Of a DNA stretch of 64,000 nucleotides, positions 39,901 to 50,980 are shown one piece after another. The stretch covers positions 746,001-810,000 of the forward strand of contig MU061538.1 in assembly GCA_013265495.1 (NCBI GenBank), in the 5' to 3' direction. Under the pieces are notes generated by a model. That model was given only the letters and a program-made list of their open reading frames with translations. It was not told where the DNA came from and ran no database searches. Position 1 is the stretch's first letter. Every line of letters starts with the position of its first letter. The stretch comes from Vicugna vicugna (lineage: Eukaryota). Both the position numbers and the translations under genes were made by a program.

Positions 39901-42261
39901 GTCAACTGGGTTTTTGTATGTCCCACTAAAAATACAAACTTCGAAAAAAAAACCTTATTATCATATATAATAAAAACATCAAGATTTTTCTAGCTGACAC
40001 ATCCAGTAACCATTCTCTTCACAGGCTTTAAAACTGCCTTTCTATTCCTACATTATCATTTTTAGCAGTGTTCTTATTTTCACAAATCTCATTTTTCTTC
40101 TCTCACTTCACTTTTTTGAAGTGTGAAATTCTCTCAAATTCCATTCACCAGCGAGAACTACAGCCCTTCTTAATCCTGCCACCGACCCCGTCCTGATTCA
40201 CTGATAAGCCGCAGTTACCCGGCTTCCACCGCTGGGTGGTGTCCTGGACAAATTTTAAGCAAAGCAGAGTTTAAGCACAGAACACCATCCTAAATTCAAG
40301 ATTATTCCCACAAAAAAAAAGTTTTCTAAAAATCCTGTGAGAAGTAACGCCAAAATCACTAAGGTGACATGGTGAGGATTACACTGCGATCCAGAAAACC
40401 CCAGATGAAAATAACTCTGCCCTCTTAGAAACTAAAAAATGCACATAGACCCTCCCCCCACCCCAATCCAGGTTTCTGAGTTTGCTAGGCTGAAAACGGC
40501 ATTGGTGACTAGTACAACTTCCTTGTTTGCCAACTGTCCAAAACAGAGTTGACACGAGGGTAAACGTTTCCACCCTTGGTCCTAACACCTGAAAACTAAC
40601 GGGCTTGTTTTGCGAGGAAAACTACTGTATGCCACTTGGTTGCAGGTATCACACTACAATTCCCCATCCCTAACTGAGTACTCAGAGTATTACTCAAACA
40701 ATACTCTCTATCCAGGCCTCCAGGTGAGTCTCAGTTCTGCAGCCAGAATCTCCCGGATCTACCGCTTCCAAGTCAAGAAAACGAATTTTAAAATACTGCT
40801 GTTTCGAATTATTATACTCACCACATGCCAAATTCCTTAAAAGCTCTTCAATTCCCAACTCGCCTGTCTTGTACAACACACCGAGCCTGTTAGACACATT
40901 TCGGGAAAGCGGCTCCTCACCCCCTTTTGTTCTCCTCCCACTTCCTGTCAAGTCATTCGCACCTACAAACCACTGGACCGAGCCAATTTATGCCCCAAAT
41001 TCATACGCTGCATAACCCAAAAAATCCCACAGCTCACTAGTATGCACAAAGGGCACTCATTTTTATTAGGGACCACACAAACACTAAAGTCCTAAACCCA
41101 TGGGAGCTGGGGTCTCTTCCTTGGAGCAAGTACAGCCTGGGTTAAACCTCCCAGACAGAATCAGAGGACGGGGTGGTCTGGGCAGAGGGAGTACACGACT
41201 CCTTCCAGATACTGAGAAAACATTCTGATGCACAGAGTTACTTACAACGTGTGGGTAAAACCTGAAGAACAATCAGCAAATAAACAAGTTCAAATGGTTA
41301 AGAGTGTGTTTCTCTTTCCTTTTTTGGTCATTCACCCTAACTTCCAATAAATCAACTAATGCTCTCAAAAGATTTCAGCCATAAAATACTACTACGAATC
41401 CACACCTAAAATAAAAAACGTTGAGAATACAAAGGGCGCCGTCAGCCTACTTTTCCCCGGGGAGGCGGTGGGATTTTTCCGCAAGGGCCTTTCCGTGATT
41501 CACGGGAGTTAGTAACGAAGCTTTCATGTCTGACTAGCAAGCCACACATCTCTGAAAACTTTCTGCGACAATACGAGGTTCGCAATTTCCACTTCTTGCG
41601 TTAGTTCTCTCCTAACTTGTGCAAAAGTTGATATAAACTTGAGTTATATAAACTGCCGTACACCTTGAAGCTAAGCCAAACAAACCGGCTCTTCCAGTAG
41701 ACTGAAAGCTAGGCATCTCATTTCGAAAATTAACAAACTTTGGGAAAGCCAGCGGGGAGTCCCGGATACGCGGCCCGGCCTGCCCTCGCCCGCTTCCCGG
41801 TCTCCGTACTTGGCAGCGCGACCTCCCGCGAGCTTCTCTCTTCCTATAAACCTACCTCCTCGTGCTTTCAGGGTCACGTACGTGGGACCTTAAAGAGTTA
41901 AAAACAAGCCTCCCCCGCTGTAGGCCCCCGGCCCCCGGCTCCGGCCGCAGCCGAGCGAGACGCGGAGCGACCTCGGCCCCGCGCCCGCCGCTCGCACGGG
42001 CCCACCCCCAACCGCCTGCTCCGGGCCCCAAGGACGCGGGGGAAGGGGACCTGAGAAGGGACCGGTAAGGCGGGCGGGAAGCCGACCCCAAACGCGGCCC
42101 CCGACCCGGGGGCCCCTTCCCCCGCATCCCGGCCGGCGGCCCCACACCCGGCCCCGGCCCCCGGGCCCCTGCCCCCCGCGTCCCCGACCCCCGGCCCGCC
42201 GCGGCCAGGGCCGGGTCGCGTCGGCGGCCGGGCCCGCCCCCCGGTTGCCGGCGGCCCTCAC

Positions 42262-42405
42262 CAAGGACTCGGGAGCCGGCGGCGGAAGGCGCGGCGGGGT
42301 GGCGGCCGGGGGTCCTCGGCTTCGGCTCGGCGGCGCTGGTTGGAGGCGGCGGCGACGGTCCTCGCGCTTTCCTTTCTCTCCTTTCTCCAACAACAAACAG
42401 GAAGT
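42262..42405 (-). other. DNAJB6: DNAJB6 non-coding exon 1 (5'UTR); TSS approximate
   Basis: Minus strand ACTTCCTGTTTGTTGTTGGAGAAAGGAGAGAAAGGAAAGCGCGAGG... resembles the recalled human 5'UTR; ends in donor CCTTG|gtgagg at 42262/42261; no upstream ATG. Confidence 0.8.
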
Positions 42406-42441
42406 GCGTCACGCGGCGGCGGCGCGGCGACGGCACTTCCG
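42398..42441. promoter_or_regulatory. Two opposed ETS (GABPA/ELK-type) motifs flanking a CRE half-site
   Basis: CAGGAAGTG 42398-42406, TGCGTCA 42405-42411, CACTTCCG 42434-42441. Confidence 0.6.
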
Positions 42442-42456
42442 CCCGGCCCCGACGCC

Positions 42457-42466
42457 GCGCATGCGC
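42457..42466. promoter_or_regulatory. NRF1 site
   Basis: Perfect palindrome GCGCATGCGC; variant copies at 42528-42538 (GCGCGTGCGCA) and 42585-42594 (GCGCAGGCGC). Confidence 0.7.
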
Positions 42467-42486
42467 TCCGCCCCGCCCGCCCCCGC

Positions 42487-42501
42487 CTTCCCGAAGGTTC
42501 T
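42487..42501. promoter_or_regulatory. Heat-shock element (HSF1 site)
   Basis: Perfect three-unit cTTCc-cGAAg-gTTCt about 90 bp upstream of the presumed TSS of a chaperone gene. Confidence 0.75.
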
Positions 42502-42644
42502 GCGGGGCTCAGGGCGCGGCGGCCGGCGCGCGTGCGCAGTGGAGGCCCCACCGCGGGAGTCGGACGGTGGCGTGAGTGGAGTTGGCGCAGGCGCGCCTGT
42601 GCGGCCGGCGAGCGGCCGGTCCCCGCGTCCCCGCCCCTGTCCTC

Positions 42645-42675
42645 GCGTCCCTGCGTCCCTGCGTCCCTGCGTCCC
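42645..42675. repeat. (GCGTCCCT)~4 tandem repeat in the promoter
   Basis: gcgtccct gcgtccct gcgtccct gcgtccc. Confidence 0.85.
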
Positions 42676-44139
42676 GGCCCCGGAGCCCGGTTCCCGCCCG
42701 CTGGTCCGGGCCGCGGTCTGGGGCGCCGGGAAAGCCGGGGGCCCGCGGTCCCCGTGTTCCCTGCGTCCCCCGGGTCCGTCTGTCTCCTAAACCCTCGTCG
42801 TCTCACCTGGAGCTCGTGGCAGGTGACCAGTTGGCCAAAGGAAGAGCGTTTGAGTCAGTCGTCTGTGCCTTTCTTGGCAGGTTATATAAATCCGCGTCCG
42901 AGGAGGGCAGGGCAGCGGCCGCTGTCACCGCACCCGCCCGCGGCCCGGAGTCGCTTCCCTCGGTGTTGACAGTGCTGTCCTGCGACGGCTCCCATGGAAA
43001 TAGGTCCCTGCAGCAAGTGTGGGCTAATCTTGAAACGCAGACAGCACGAAGACATGAATTTTAAATAGTAAGTGGTAGGCTGGCCACAAATAACTTTCCC
43101 CACCTCGCTCCAAAACATAAATAGATAAAATATTTATTAAAACATCTGTCAGCGCGCTGAACTGTACGTGAGAAAAACCAACCAGTGCAAAACAAGGCAA
43201 CCGGGTGTTTTTCTGGGAGAACAGGAAAAAATACCTTGGAAATTAAAGAAGTGGCAATGTTTAAGCAACTCTGTGAGACAACAGGGAAGATCTCTCAAGA
43301 GAAGATTAAAGGCTTATTCCAAAGTCAGTGTTAGCCCCGATGGGGCGGTGCTGCTGGAATCTGCTTCACTGGAAGGTCACTTCAAAATGCAACAGCAGGG
43401 GTTTGAACTGGTGTGAAGGCCTTTGGAGAGAAGTCAGGACAAGGTACAAGGGCACCCGGTGGGCCTGGGGACAGCGAGCAGAGGTGGCAGAGACATGGAA
43501 GGTACTGGGGCCTGGAACCTGCTGGGCGAGGGAAGCCAAGCCGCGACAGGTCGGGTTTGCCGGACGGACAGAAGAGCGGGGAGACTCTGTGACCGTTTCC
43601 TCAACTGCAAGATGGCGATAGCAGGCTTGACGTGAAGGTTAGCTGTGTGGGCTTGGCGCACACTAACACTCAGTAAGTAACAACTTTCCCGTGTCTTGGC
43701 CTCGTCAAGAAACTGACGAAAGGCAGGGACTTCTCCCCAGCAAAGTGCAAATGGCAGGAGGGAAGTCGTAGACACATGTTCACACACACCCTGCCACCCC
43801 CACCCCAGGGTCCAGGGACCTCAGGTGAAGGTCTTGAGTGACACAGGCAGTTTTTACTATTCTGTGAAATTTACCTTCAATACGAGGGTAACATTTGCAA
43901 AAATTTGCCCTGAGGTGGTAAATTCAAGAAAAGAGAAAGAAAAAGTAGATACATACAAGGTTATTGATCACAGCTTTGCAGATGACCGGTTCCTCCTTAC
44001 CAGGAATACTTTGCAGGCCAGACAAGTGATAGCGTAGTTACACTTACTAACATCCCATGTATCCAGTACGCTACTGAGGTAATATCCCATTTTTGTAAAG
44101 TTGTATTCGTGTGTGTGTATGTGTTTGTGTGTGTATACA

Positions 44140-44645
44140 TATAATTTCCCCTCTATGCTTTTGAGTTCTCGGCTGAGACTCCCTATGATCAAAGATAAAG
44201 GAGAAACACAAAGAAGTTTACTAATAATGTATACTTCAGGAATGCAGGAGATATACCAGGAAAATGAAGCAAACTGCACAGGCTGGCCCAAGCACCGCCC
44301 GGCATAGCATCTTCACACAAAGACAAAGAAAGTTGGGGGAAGGGAAGCCAGTTAAGGGAGATGAATCAGGAAAAGCACAGCGACCAGGGGCAAGGTTGTC
44401 ATGCAGATTCCCGTCTGCTGTCTTCTCCACGGACAAGAGACTCTTGTGATTTAGAATCAGCCTCCTCTTCCTGGTACCGAGAGAGACTCGTTTACAAATG
44501 GAGAGTTCCCTTTTAAATGTAAGTTTCCCCTACAAAAGGGTAAATTTCTATTCTCTTTTCAGAGTTTCTCCTGCTTCTGCAGTTTCTCAAAAAAAAGAAA
44601 GTTTGCGCAAAATAATCCTTATGCCAAAGAGGCATATTCTGCTTT
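44140..44645 (-). mobile_element. ERV1-class LTR remnant (MER34/MER41-like)
   Basis: caaaataatccttatgccaaagaggcatatt is the reverse complement of a typical LTR start (aatatgcctctttggcataaggattattttg); boundaries approximate. Confidence 0.6.
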
Positions 44646-44861
44646 AAAACACACATGGGAAACTGGAAAACACTAAATTATTGCAGTTGTTTATATCTAA
44701 GTAATGAGATTTCACATCATTCTCGCTCTTTTGCATTTTCACTATTGTTTGAACTTTTCTGTTTGCGGTGTGAGACGGTAAGAGGCTGGAGTAAAGTGTC
44801 CGATGAGCATGCTTTTATTTATCCACTTAATCGGTCTCATGAGCATAAATTGAACACCTAC

Positions 44862-45484
44862 TGATGCAGGAAAACAGATGTGGGGTGTGAGGAGGGCTGT
44901 GTCCCAGGTCTCGTTTGAGCCCCTGGGACGTGCCCACCAAGCGTGGGTCCTTGGTTTCGCGCAGGAAAGAATTCAAGAGCGAGCCACAGTTGAGTGAAGG
45001 TACGTTTATTCAGAGAGAGACATTGAAAGGCAAGAGAAAGGCCACGAGGTATGGGGGTCGGGTGCTCAGATTAAAAGTAGGTGCACACTCCATAGACAGA
45101 GTACGGCTGTTTCCGAAGAGGGAGAGGGAGGGGCGGCCGCGAGGCGCCGTGTTGCTGGTTTTTATGGGCTTGGTGGCTTCATATGCTAATAAGTGGAAGG
45201 ACCCGTCTTAAGTAGCCTGTGGAAGGGGCTGGGATTCCCAGGAAGTTGGCCATTTCACACTCTTTGACCTTTTGTGGCCAGCCTCGGGACTGCCATGGTG
45301 CCTGTGGGCGTGTTATTCACCATGTTAATACATTACAATGAGCGTGAAGCTCAAGCTCTGCTAGAAGTTAAATCTCTCATCATCCTGAGCCTCAAGGCCT
45401 CCTGGGGGTTGAACCTTTCACCATTTTGATGTTAATTGCTGTGGCATTCCTTGCATGGCTGTGCCCTGCCCCCTTCCTGTCTCA
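44862..45484 (-). mobile_element. Solo ERV1-class LTR (~620 bp)
   Basis: TG...CA termini with a 4-bp near-TSD CTAC/CCAC; AATAAA on minus at ~45005; ccttggtttcgcgcaggaaagaattcaagagcgagccacag motif typical of ERV1 LTRs. Confidence 0.75.
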
Positions 45485-47534
45485 CCACCTACAGCAGCAT
45501 GACCTGGGCACAGGTCAAAGAAGGCAGGCCTCTTCCCATTAGGATCTTACAGCCCCATGTGGAAGGCGCCTCTACACAGCAGTAGTTCCCGTGCCCTGTG
45601 CCCAGGCCCCAGGCCCAGGGGAGGGGCCCCCGAGCCAGGATCCGAAAGGGGCAGGTGGTTGTCAAGACAGGCTTCCCAGAAGAGGCACGGAGGGTGGAGA
45701 GAATTCCAGACAGGAGACATTTCCAAGGGTAGCCAAGGCCAAAAATAAGTAAATAAATAAATAAAGGGTACTATTTTTAAAACTAAAGCTGTTCCACGTT
45801 CTAGGAACAGCAGCAGGATTCTGATTTCAGGAGGAGAAATCTTTTGGTTATGCAAAGGTAGGGATACCAACAAGGTCTAGAGGAAAGAAATGCGGGCAGA
45901 AAGACTGCAGTGAGGTGAGAGACCTCTCTGTGGGGAAGGGCATCTCCGCAGAAGGGCTGACAATTTTAACTGAAGAAGGGGGACAGGAAGGGAGGACGGG
46001 CAGGGAGCAGGGCGGGGGGGTGGTGAGTGGAGGCTTGAACGGGGAGGAGGGCCAGTAAAGGTAGCCTTGGAGAAAGGGTGCAGCCTGGGGTTTAAGAGCC
46101 TCATTCCCAGAGAAGCAGTGACAGCTGACGTCCCAGCATAAAGGGTGGTCTCCGAGCTTTTCCAGTCCTTTTGTGACATCTCAAGTCTTCAGGAATGTCT
46201 GTTAATCTTTCTGGCCTGCTGTTACCTTTGTGTGTGAACGGGAGCCTTGAAGAGTGAAGGAAGGGCAGGTGTGTGCGCAGGAGGCGACAGTGACAGCTGG
46301 ACCGGTGCCTCTCTGGGGGCCCTAGAAGAGGAGCCCAGCGAGGGGCCAGGTTCTGGGCAGCTTGCAGTCATCTTGGCAGGAGACCCAAAGTATTTTATTG
46401 GACAACTAAAGAAAACAGTGACTGTGAAGGCCTTGGAAACGTTCAGGGTTATAAAAGAAAAATCTAGAGCACTTGTGCGGACGACGGGGTGAAGGGAAAG
46501 GAACAATAAAACTTGACTGCGCAGCATGAAGGTGTTAACCGGGAGAGGTGACCCTCCCGGATGGGGTGATCAGGAGGGACAGCCACTTTCGGTGGAGGGG
46601 AGAGTTAGGATGTTGGCCCCGCGGAGAAGGGGGACAGCGTGGCTGTAAGAAAAGCACCCGGCAGACGTTGTCACTGGTCACCGGGGGCTTCGAAGACCTG
46701 TGGAAGCGCCAAGTCACAGTTTAAGAGGCTCGTGGCTGTGGGAAGAGAAGAAGAAGCTGGGACCCAGGAAATGGTGCCTGCTGCCCTCCAAGAAGAAGGA
46801 ATTTCTGAGAAAGGCTTGGGTAATGTCATCCTGCGAGAGCCAGAACGAGAGCTGAGCAACGTCGTGGTTGAGTGTTGGTGGCCCTTGCTGGCGTCGTTGC
46901 AGGAGACTGGACTACAGGGGGGGCATTGTGGGGATCCCAGGCAGCAGGTAGAAAGACGTACCCCCAGCAGAGAAGGGAGGAAAGACGCCACCCAGAGCAG
47001 GAAGGTTGAAGAAGGCCTGGCGTTTGTCTGGTTCTGTTGCTCCTTTCTGCCTGTCAACTCGACGACGCACCTGCGTATTGCTAGCCGCAGGGCCTGTGGG
47101 CAGAAACGGAACTGAAGGCGTTGGAGAGACAGCGATGGTCAAAGTTCAGTCTCAGGGAGTCTGGAGGTTTCAGGCCCAGCGTAAAGGTAGAAGAACTCAC
47201 CTTGAAAAAAGGAAATTTACACCTTCCTTCAAAATAGATGGTAAGAAGAAGGAGGTGGAGACGGAGAGGTCAGATGTGGGACTCTGCCAGCACGCGGCCC
47301 AGCCAGCACACAGAGGACTAGGGAGGAACTCTTAGCTCTCAGAGCTGTCACTCTGCCAGGCCTCAGGACAGTTTGGTTCCTTGGGTGAGTCGGGGAGGAC
47401 AGAGCACTGGCATCGGGGACGGTAAGGATCCCTGGCTGCTTCTAAGTAGGGACCGCGATGATGCAAGACTCGGTGCCTCACGTCCCCGGGATGCCCAATA
47501 AAACATCGATGATGACGGTGCCACGCCTTTAACC

Positions 47535-47630
47535 AGGCCCCGGGCCTCAGTTTCCCCATCTGTGAAACAGGAAGATGCTGGCCACTGCCCCGTGTAGATG
47601 GGTTGGAAGTAACTAGTCCTTTGAGATTCC
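47535..47630. mobile_element. MIR core fragment
   Basis: gggcctcagtttccccatctgtgaaacagg, the MIR core motif. Confidence 0.55.
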
Positions 47631-47993
47631 CAGATGAGAGGGCGCACCGCAGCACAAGATGTTGAATGAGAAATGGGCTGTTTCACGTACGCAGGTGAGT
47701 GTCTCTCTAATCAAAACACTGTCTTCAAAGCCCCGGAGGAGGAGCGTGCATCAGTCAAAAACCTCAAGGGCACCCAAGATTTCATCACCTTCGAAGAGTC
47801 CTACGTAGATAAATGGTTTATCTTTTAGATGGCCTGCTTTCAAAACAAACTGCCCACAATTTGTATTAGAAACGGCAGCCTATTCCTGATTGATCTAGCA
47901 CATTAAACAAAACTTTCACTGTACTACAGAATTATTCAGTCCCACCTACACATACATTCGCAGGAATCACTGTTAATGTCAGGACGAGTTGCT

Positions 47994-48075
47994 GGGGGAG
48001 GCACAGCCCAGCGGTAGTGCCTGCTCAGTGTGTGAGGTCCTGGGTTCAATCCCCGGCACCACCTCCATGAACAGC
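47994..48075 (+). mobile_element. tRNA-Ala-derived SINE (Vic-1-like), degenerate
   Basis: gggggaggcacagcccagcggtag...gaggtcctgggttcaatccccggcacc. Confidence 0.75.
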
Positions 48076-48839
48076 AGAAAAGACACGTTGCTAATCGGGA
48101 GAAAAACTGTGGAACAGCGTGTGTGTGTGTGTGTGTTCTGCCTTTTGTGTGAAAGAGGAAGAGTAAGGGCCATTTGTGTTACTTAGAAACTCAGGGATCA
48201 CACCCTGGAGACGCGGAGGGTGGGCCTGGGGTAACGTGAGACTTTTCCCTGAACGCTTCCTCTGTTTAGAGTTTGAGGCTATGTGAGTGTATTCCCTGTT
48301 GAAACTTTTTCAGAGGTAGGTCTGCACACAACAGGGAGAGAGACCCCATCCCACAGGCTCAGCTCAGAACAGGGCGTGGAGCAGAGCCTGCTGGTGCGCA
48401 CAGCTTCCAGGGCAACCTCCTGGGGAGGGCAGAACGGGGCTGGGGCGACCGGGGACCTCAGTCTATACTTAAACACCGTTTGAAGTTTTTGGTGTTTTTT
48501 TTTTTCTTCAAAAGAGGATTAAAAAGAACCCAGCATCTTAAGTAGTCTCCCAGATACCTTACGACAACACTGGGTGGCCGTGGCTATGATTCTGGGCAGG
48601 AAATGAGAGCAGGAGACCATCCCTGCTGTCAGGCACCAGCCACTGGAGGCCGAGTGAAGTGACGTTTGCAGCTGACTGCGAATGACACACTCCGCACCCA
48701 GCCTGCACGTGTGCAAGTGTGCGAAATCATCTGAAGCCAGCTGCAGACACAATACGTGTGTGTGTGCGTGTGGAGAGAGACAAAAGGACTGTGGCAAAAT
48801 GTTAAGAATTGTTGGATCTAAGTGAAAAGTATAAATATT

Positions 48840-48938
48840 TATTTATTCTTTTTCTTTTCAATGGAGGTACCGGGGATTGAACCCAGGGCCTCGTGCTTGT
48901 CAGGCATGCGCTCTGTTTGTGAGCTCTGCCCTCCCTCC
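48840..48938 (-). mobile_element. tRNA-Ala-derived SINE (Vic-1-like)
   Basis: atggaggtaccggggattgaacccagggcctcgtgcttgtcaggcatgcgctct preceded by a T-rich tail. Confidence 0.8.
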
Positions 48939-50039
48939 CATCCTATAGCTTTAACTTCTCCTTGTCTTTGATATTTTTCAAAAGGGTTGGGGCCGGGACA
49001 CGGGAAGCAGAGGATGAGAAGAGGAATTTGTCCACCTGGTTGTTTGACTCTTGCCCAAGGAAAGTGGATCCACCAAGAGCACGAACAGACGCCCGACAGG
49101 AGGAGCCCCTGGTGAGCACCGTGTGACGGGTCTGCACGTGTCACACCCCCAGAAGGCCCGCTGTCGGGGTTTCACACCTCCTGATTCAGGTGAGAGTGTG
49201 TTCTGTCCGCTGACCTTGAACGTGGCCCAGGCCGCTCTCAGCGGCTCTGGGCCAGCCCTGAGGCATCATCCACTCACTCGGCATCGGTGTGGAGCGGCTG
49301 TGCACACCGAGAGGCAAAGGCCCCTCACTGCCGACGCATCCCCGTAGGTTCTTGTTGGCACCACAGCTCTTCTTTGCTCCCCGCCTGCCTGACCAACACC
49401 ACGGTAGTCACCTCACAGACCATGCGGCAGTTTTTTTTAAGTGATGAAAATATCCAGAAATGGTTTGTTACTGAGTTCCTTTTGCTTGACCCGCACAGCG
49501 TTCGCAGCTGCGGGGACACCCTCAGCCGGTGCTCCGCAAATGCCCCTCCATCAGTTCCGGATCCCAGAGCTCCAGAGCGGAGCCTTGAGGGCCTTCAACA
49601 AAGCCTGAAGAGGTGTCCCTGAGGGGAGACGCAGCGGGAGACGCAGTGGGAGCCGCAGGGCGGCCAGGCTCGTCCCCACCATGCTCAGAACTGTGGGACG
49701 GTCAGTATTTGGAAGCTGCTGGATTACTGCACGTGGCTCCCCGATCCACTGCGGGAATCCAATCCCCTTCCTCCAGCCCTGAAGGGCGCACTTCACAGGT
49801 AGGTTACGCCTTATGTACAAATGAGGTACCTCTGTGCCTGCAGTTCACAAATGAATTTATCTAGAGTCAGCAGCTACCCAGGGCCAGGACAGAGCAGTCC
49901 CGCTTTCAGCACACTTGGATTCTGTGAATTTGCGAGTGCCGTGACTTGTGTTTATGTTCTGCAGAGGTGCCCCAGGAAATCGGCAAGCAGACGAGAGACT
50001 TCCACGAAGTATCGGAACACCTGGATAATCACTTAAAGC

Positions 50040-50980
50040 AACCAAAAGCTGCCTCACGCCGCGCACAGAAATTAGCTCAAAGACACCAAAATGTAAGTCT
50101 AAATCCATGAAACTTTTAGGAGAAAACAGGGGACCGTCTCTGAGACTCTCACAGGGAGAGATTGTCCACACATGCAGAGCATTCGACATAAAAGAAAAAA
50201 ATTAATCAACCAGGCTCACTAAAAGGAAGAACGTTTGTTCTTCAAAGAGCACAGTTAAGAAAGCAGAAAGACCAGTCGGAGGCAGACGAGCCCAGCCCTG
50301 GGACCAAAGCCCTGATTCCTGCGCACCCCTTACACCCACTGGGACGGTGGCTGTCGCAAAAGCAGGAAGTAGCAAGTGCTGGGGGACTGCAAAATGGGGC
50401 AGCCAGCACGGAAATGGTATTCCCGTTCCTCACAAAATTAAAACCAGAACTTCCGCCTGACCCAGCAATTCTAGCTTCTGGGTGCTCTCGCTAAAGAACA
50501 GAAAGCAGGTCTCAAGGAGACGCCTGTGCCCCGTGTTCCTGCAGCGCCATTCACACTGGCCCAGAGGTGGAAGCCAACAGGTGTCCCTCGACGGGTGATG
50601 GGTGACAAACGTGGTCCCTCCCTACAGTGGAACATCAGTCAGCCTTAAAGAGGAAGGAAATTCTGACCCCTCCTGCAACACGGATGGAGCTTGAGGACAT
50701 GTGCCCAGGGAAACGAGCCAGTCACGGGGGGACAAGCACTGTGATTCCACTTACATGAGGTCCCTAAGGTTGACAAGTTTGTAGACAGTAGGACAGCGGG
50801 TGCCAGAGACTGGGGGAGGGGAGAGGAGCTGGGGTTTCATGGGGACGGAGTTTCAGTCTTACAAGATGCTTTGTGGAGATGATGGTGGTGAGTGTGTTTA
50901 ACACCAGTAAACAGGACACTTAGAAATGGTGAACACAGTGAATTTTATGTTTTGTGTATTTTACCACAATAAAGAAAGAA
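50040..50980 (+). mobile_element. Old L1 (L1MA/L1MB-like) ORF2 end and 3'UTR
   Basis: gacccagcaattctagcttctgggt...gtggaagccaacaggtgtcc...aggaaggaaattctgac...ggggacggagtttcagtctt...aattttatgttttgtgtattttaccacaataaa. Confidence 0.8.

Larger units (their letters stand above)
41750..42990. promoter_or_regulatory. CpG island / DNAJB6 promoter
   Basis: Very high GC and CpG density surrounding exon 1; contains GC boxes (CCGCCCCGCCCGCCCC at ~42468-42484). Confidence 0.92.

Noticed and set aside
41852..43064. Several 160-210-aa Arg/Pro/Gly/Ala-rich ORFs
   Set aside because: Expected from stop-codon scarcity in a CpG island; they occur in most frames on both strands.
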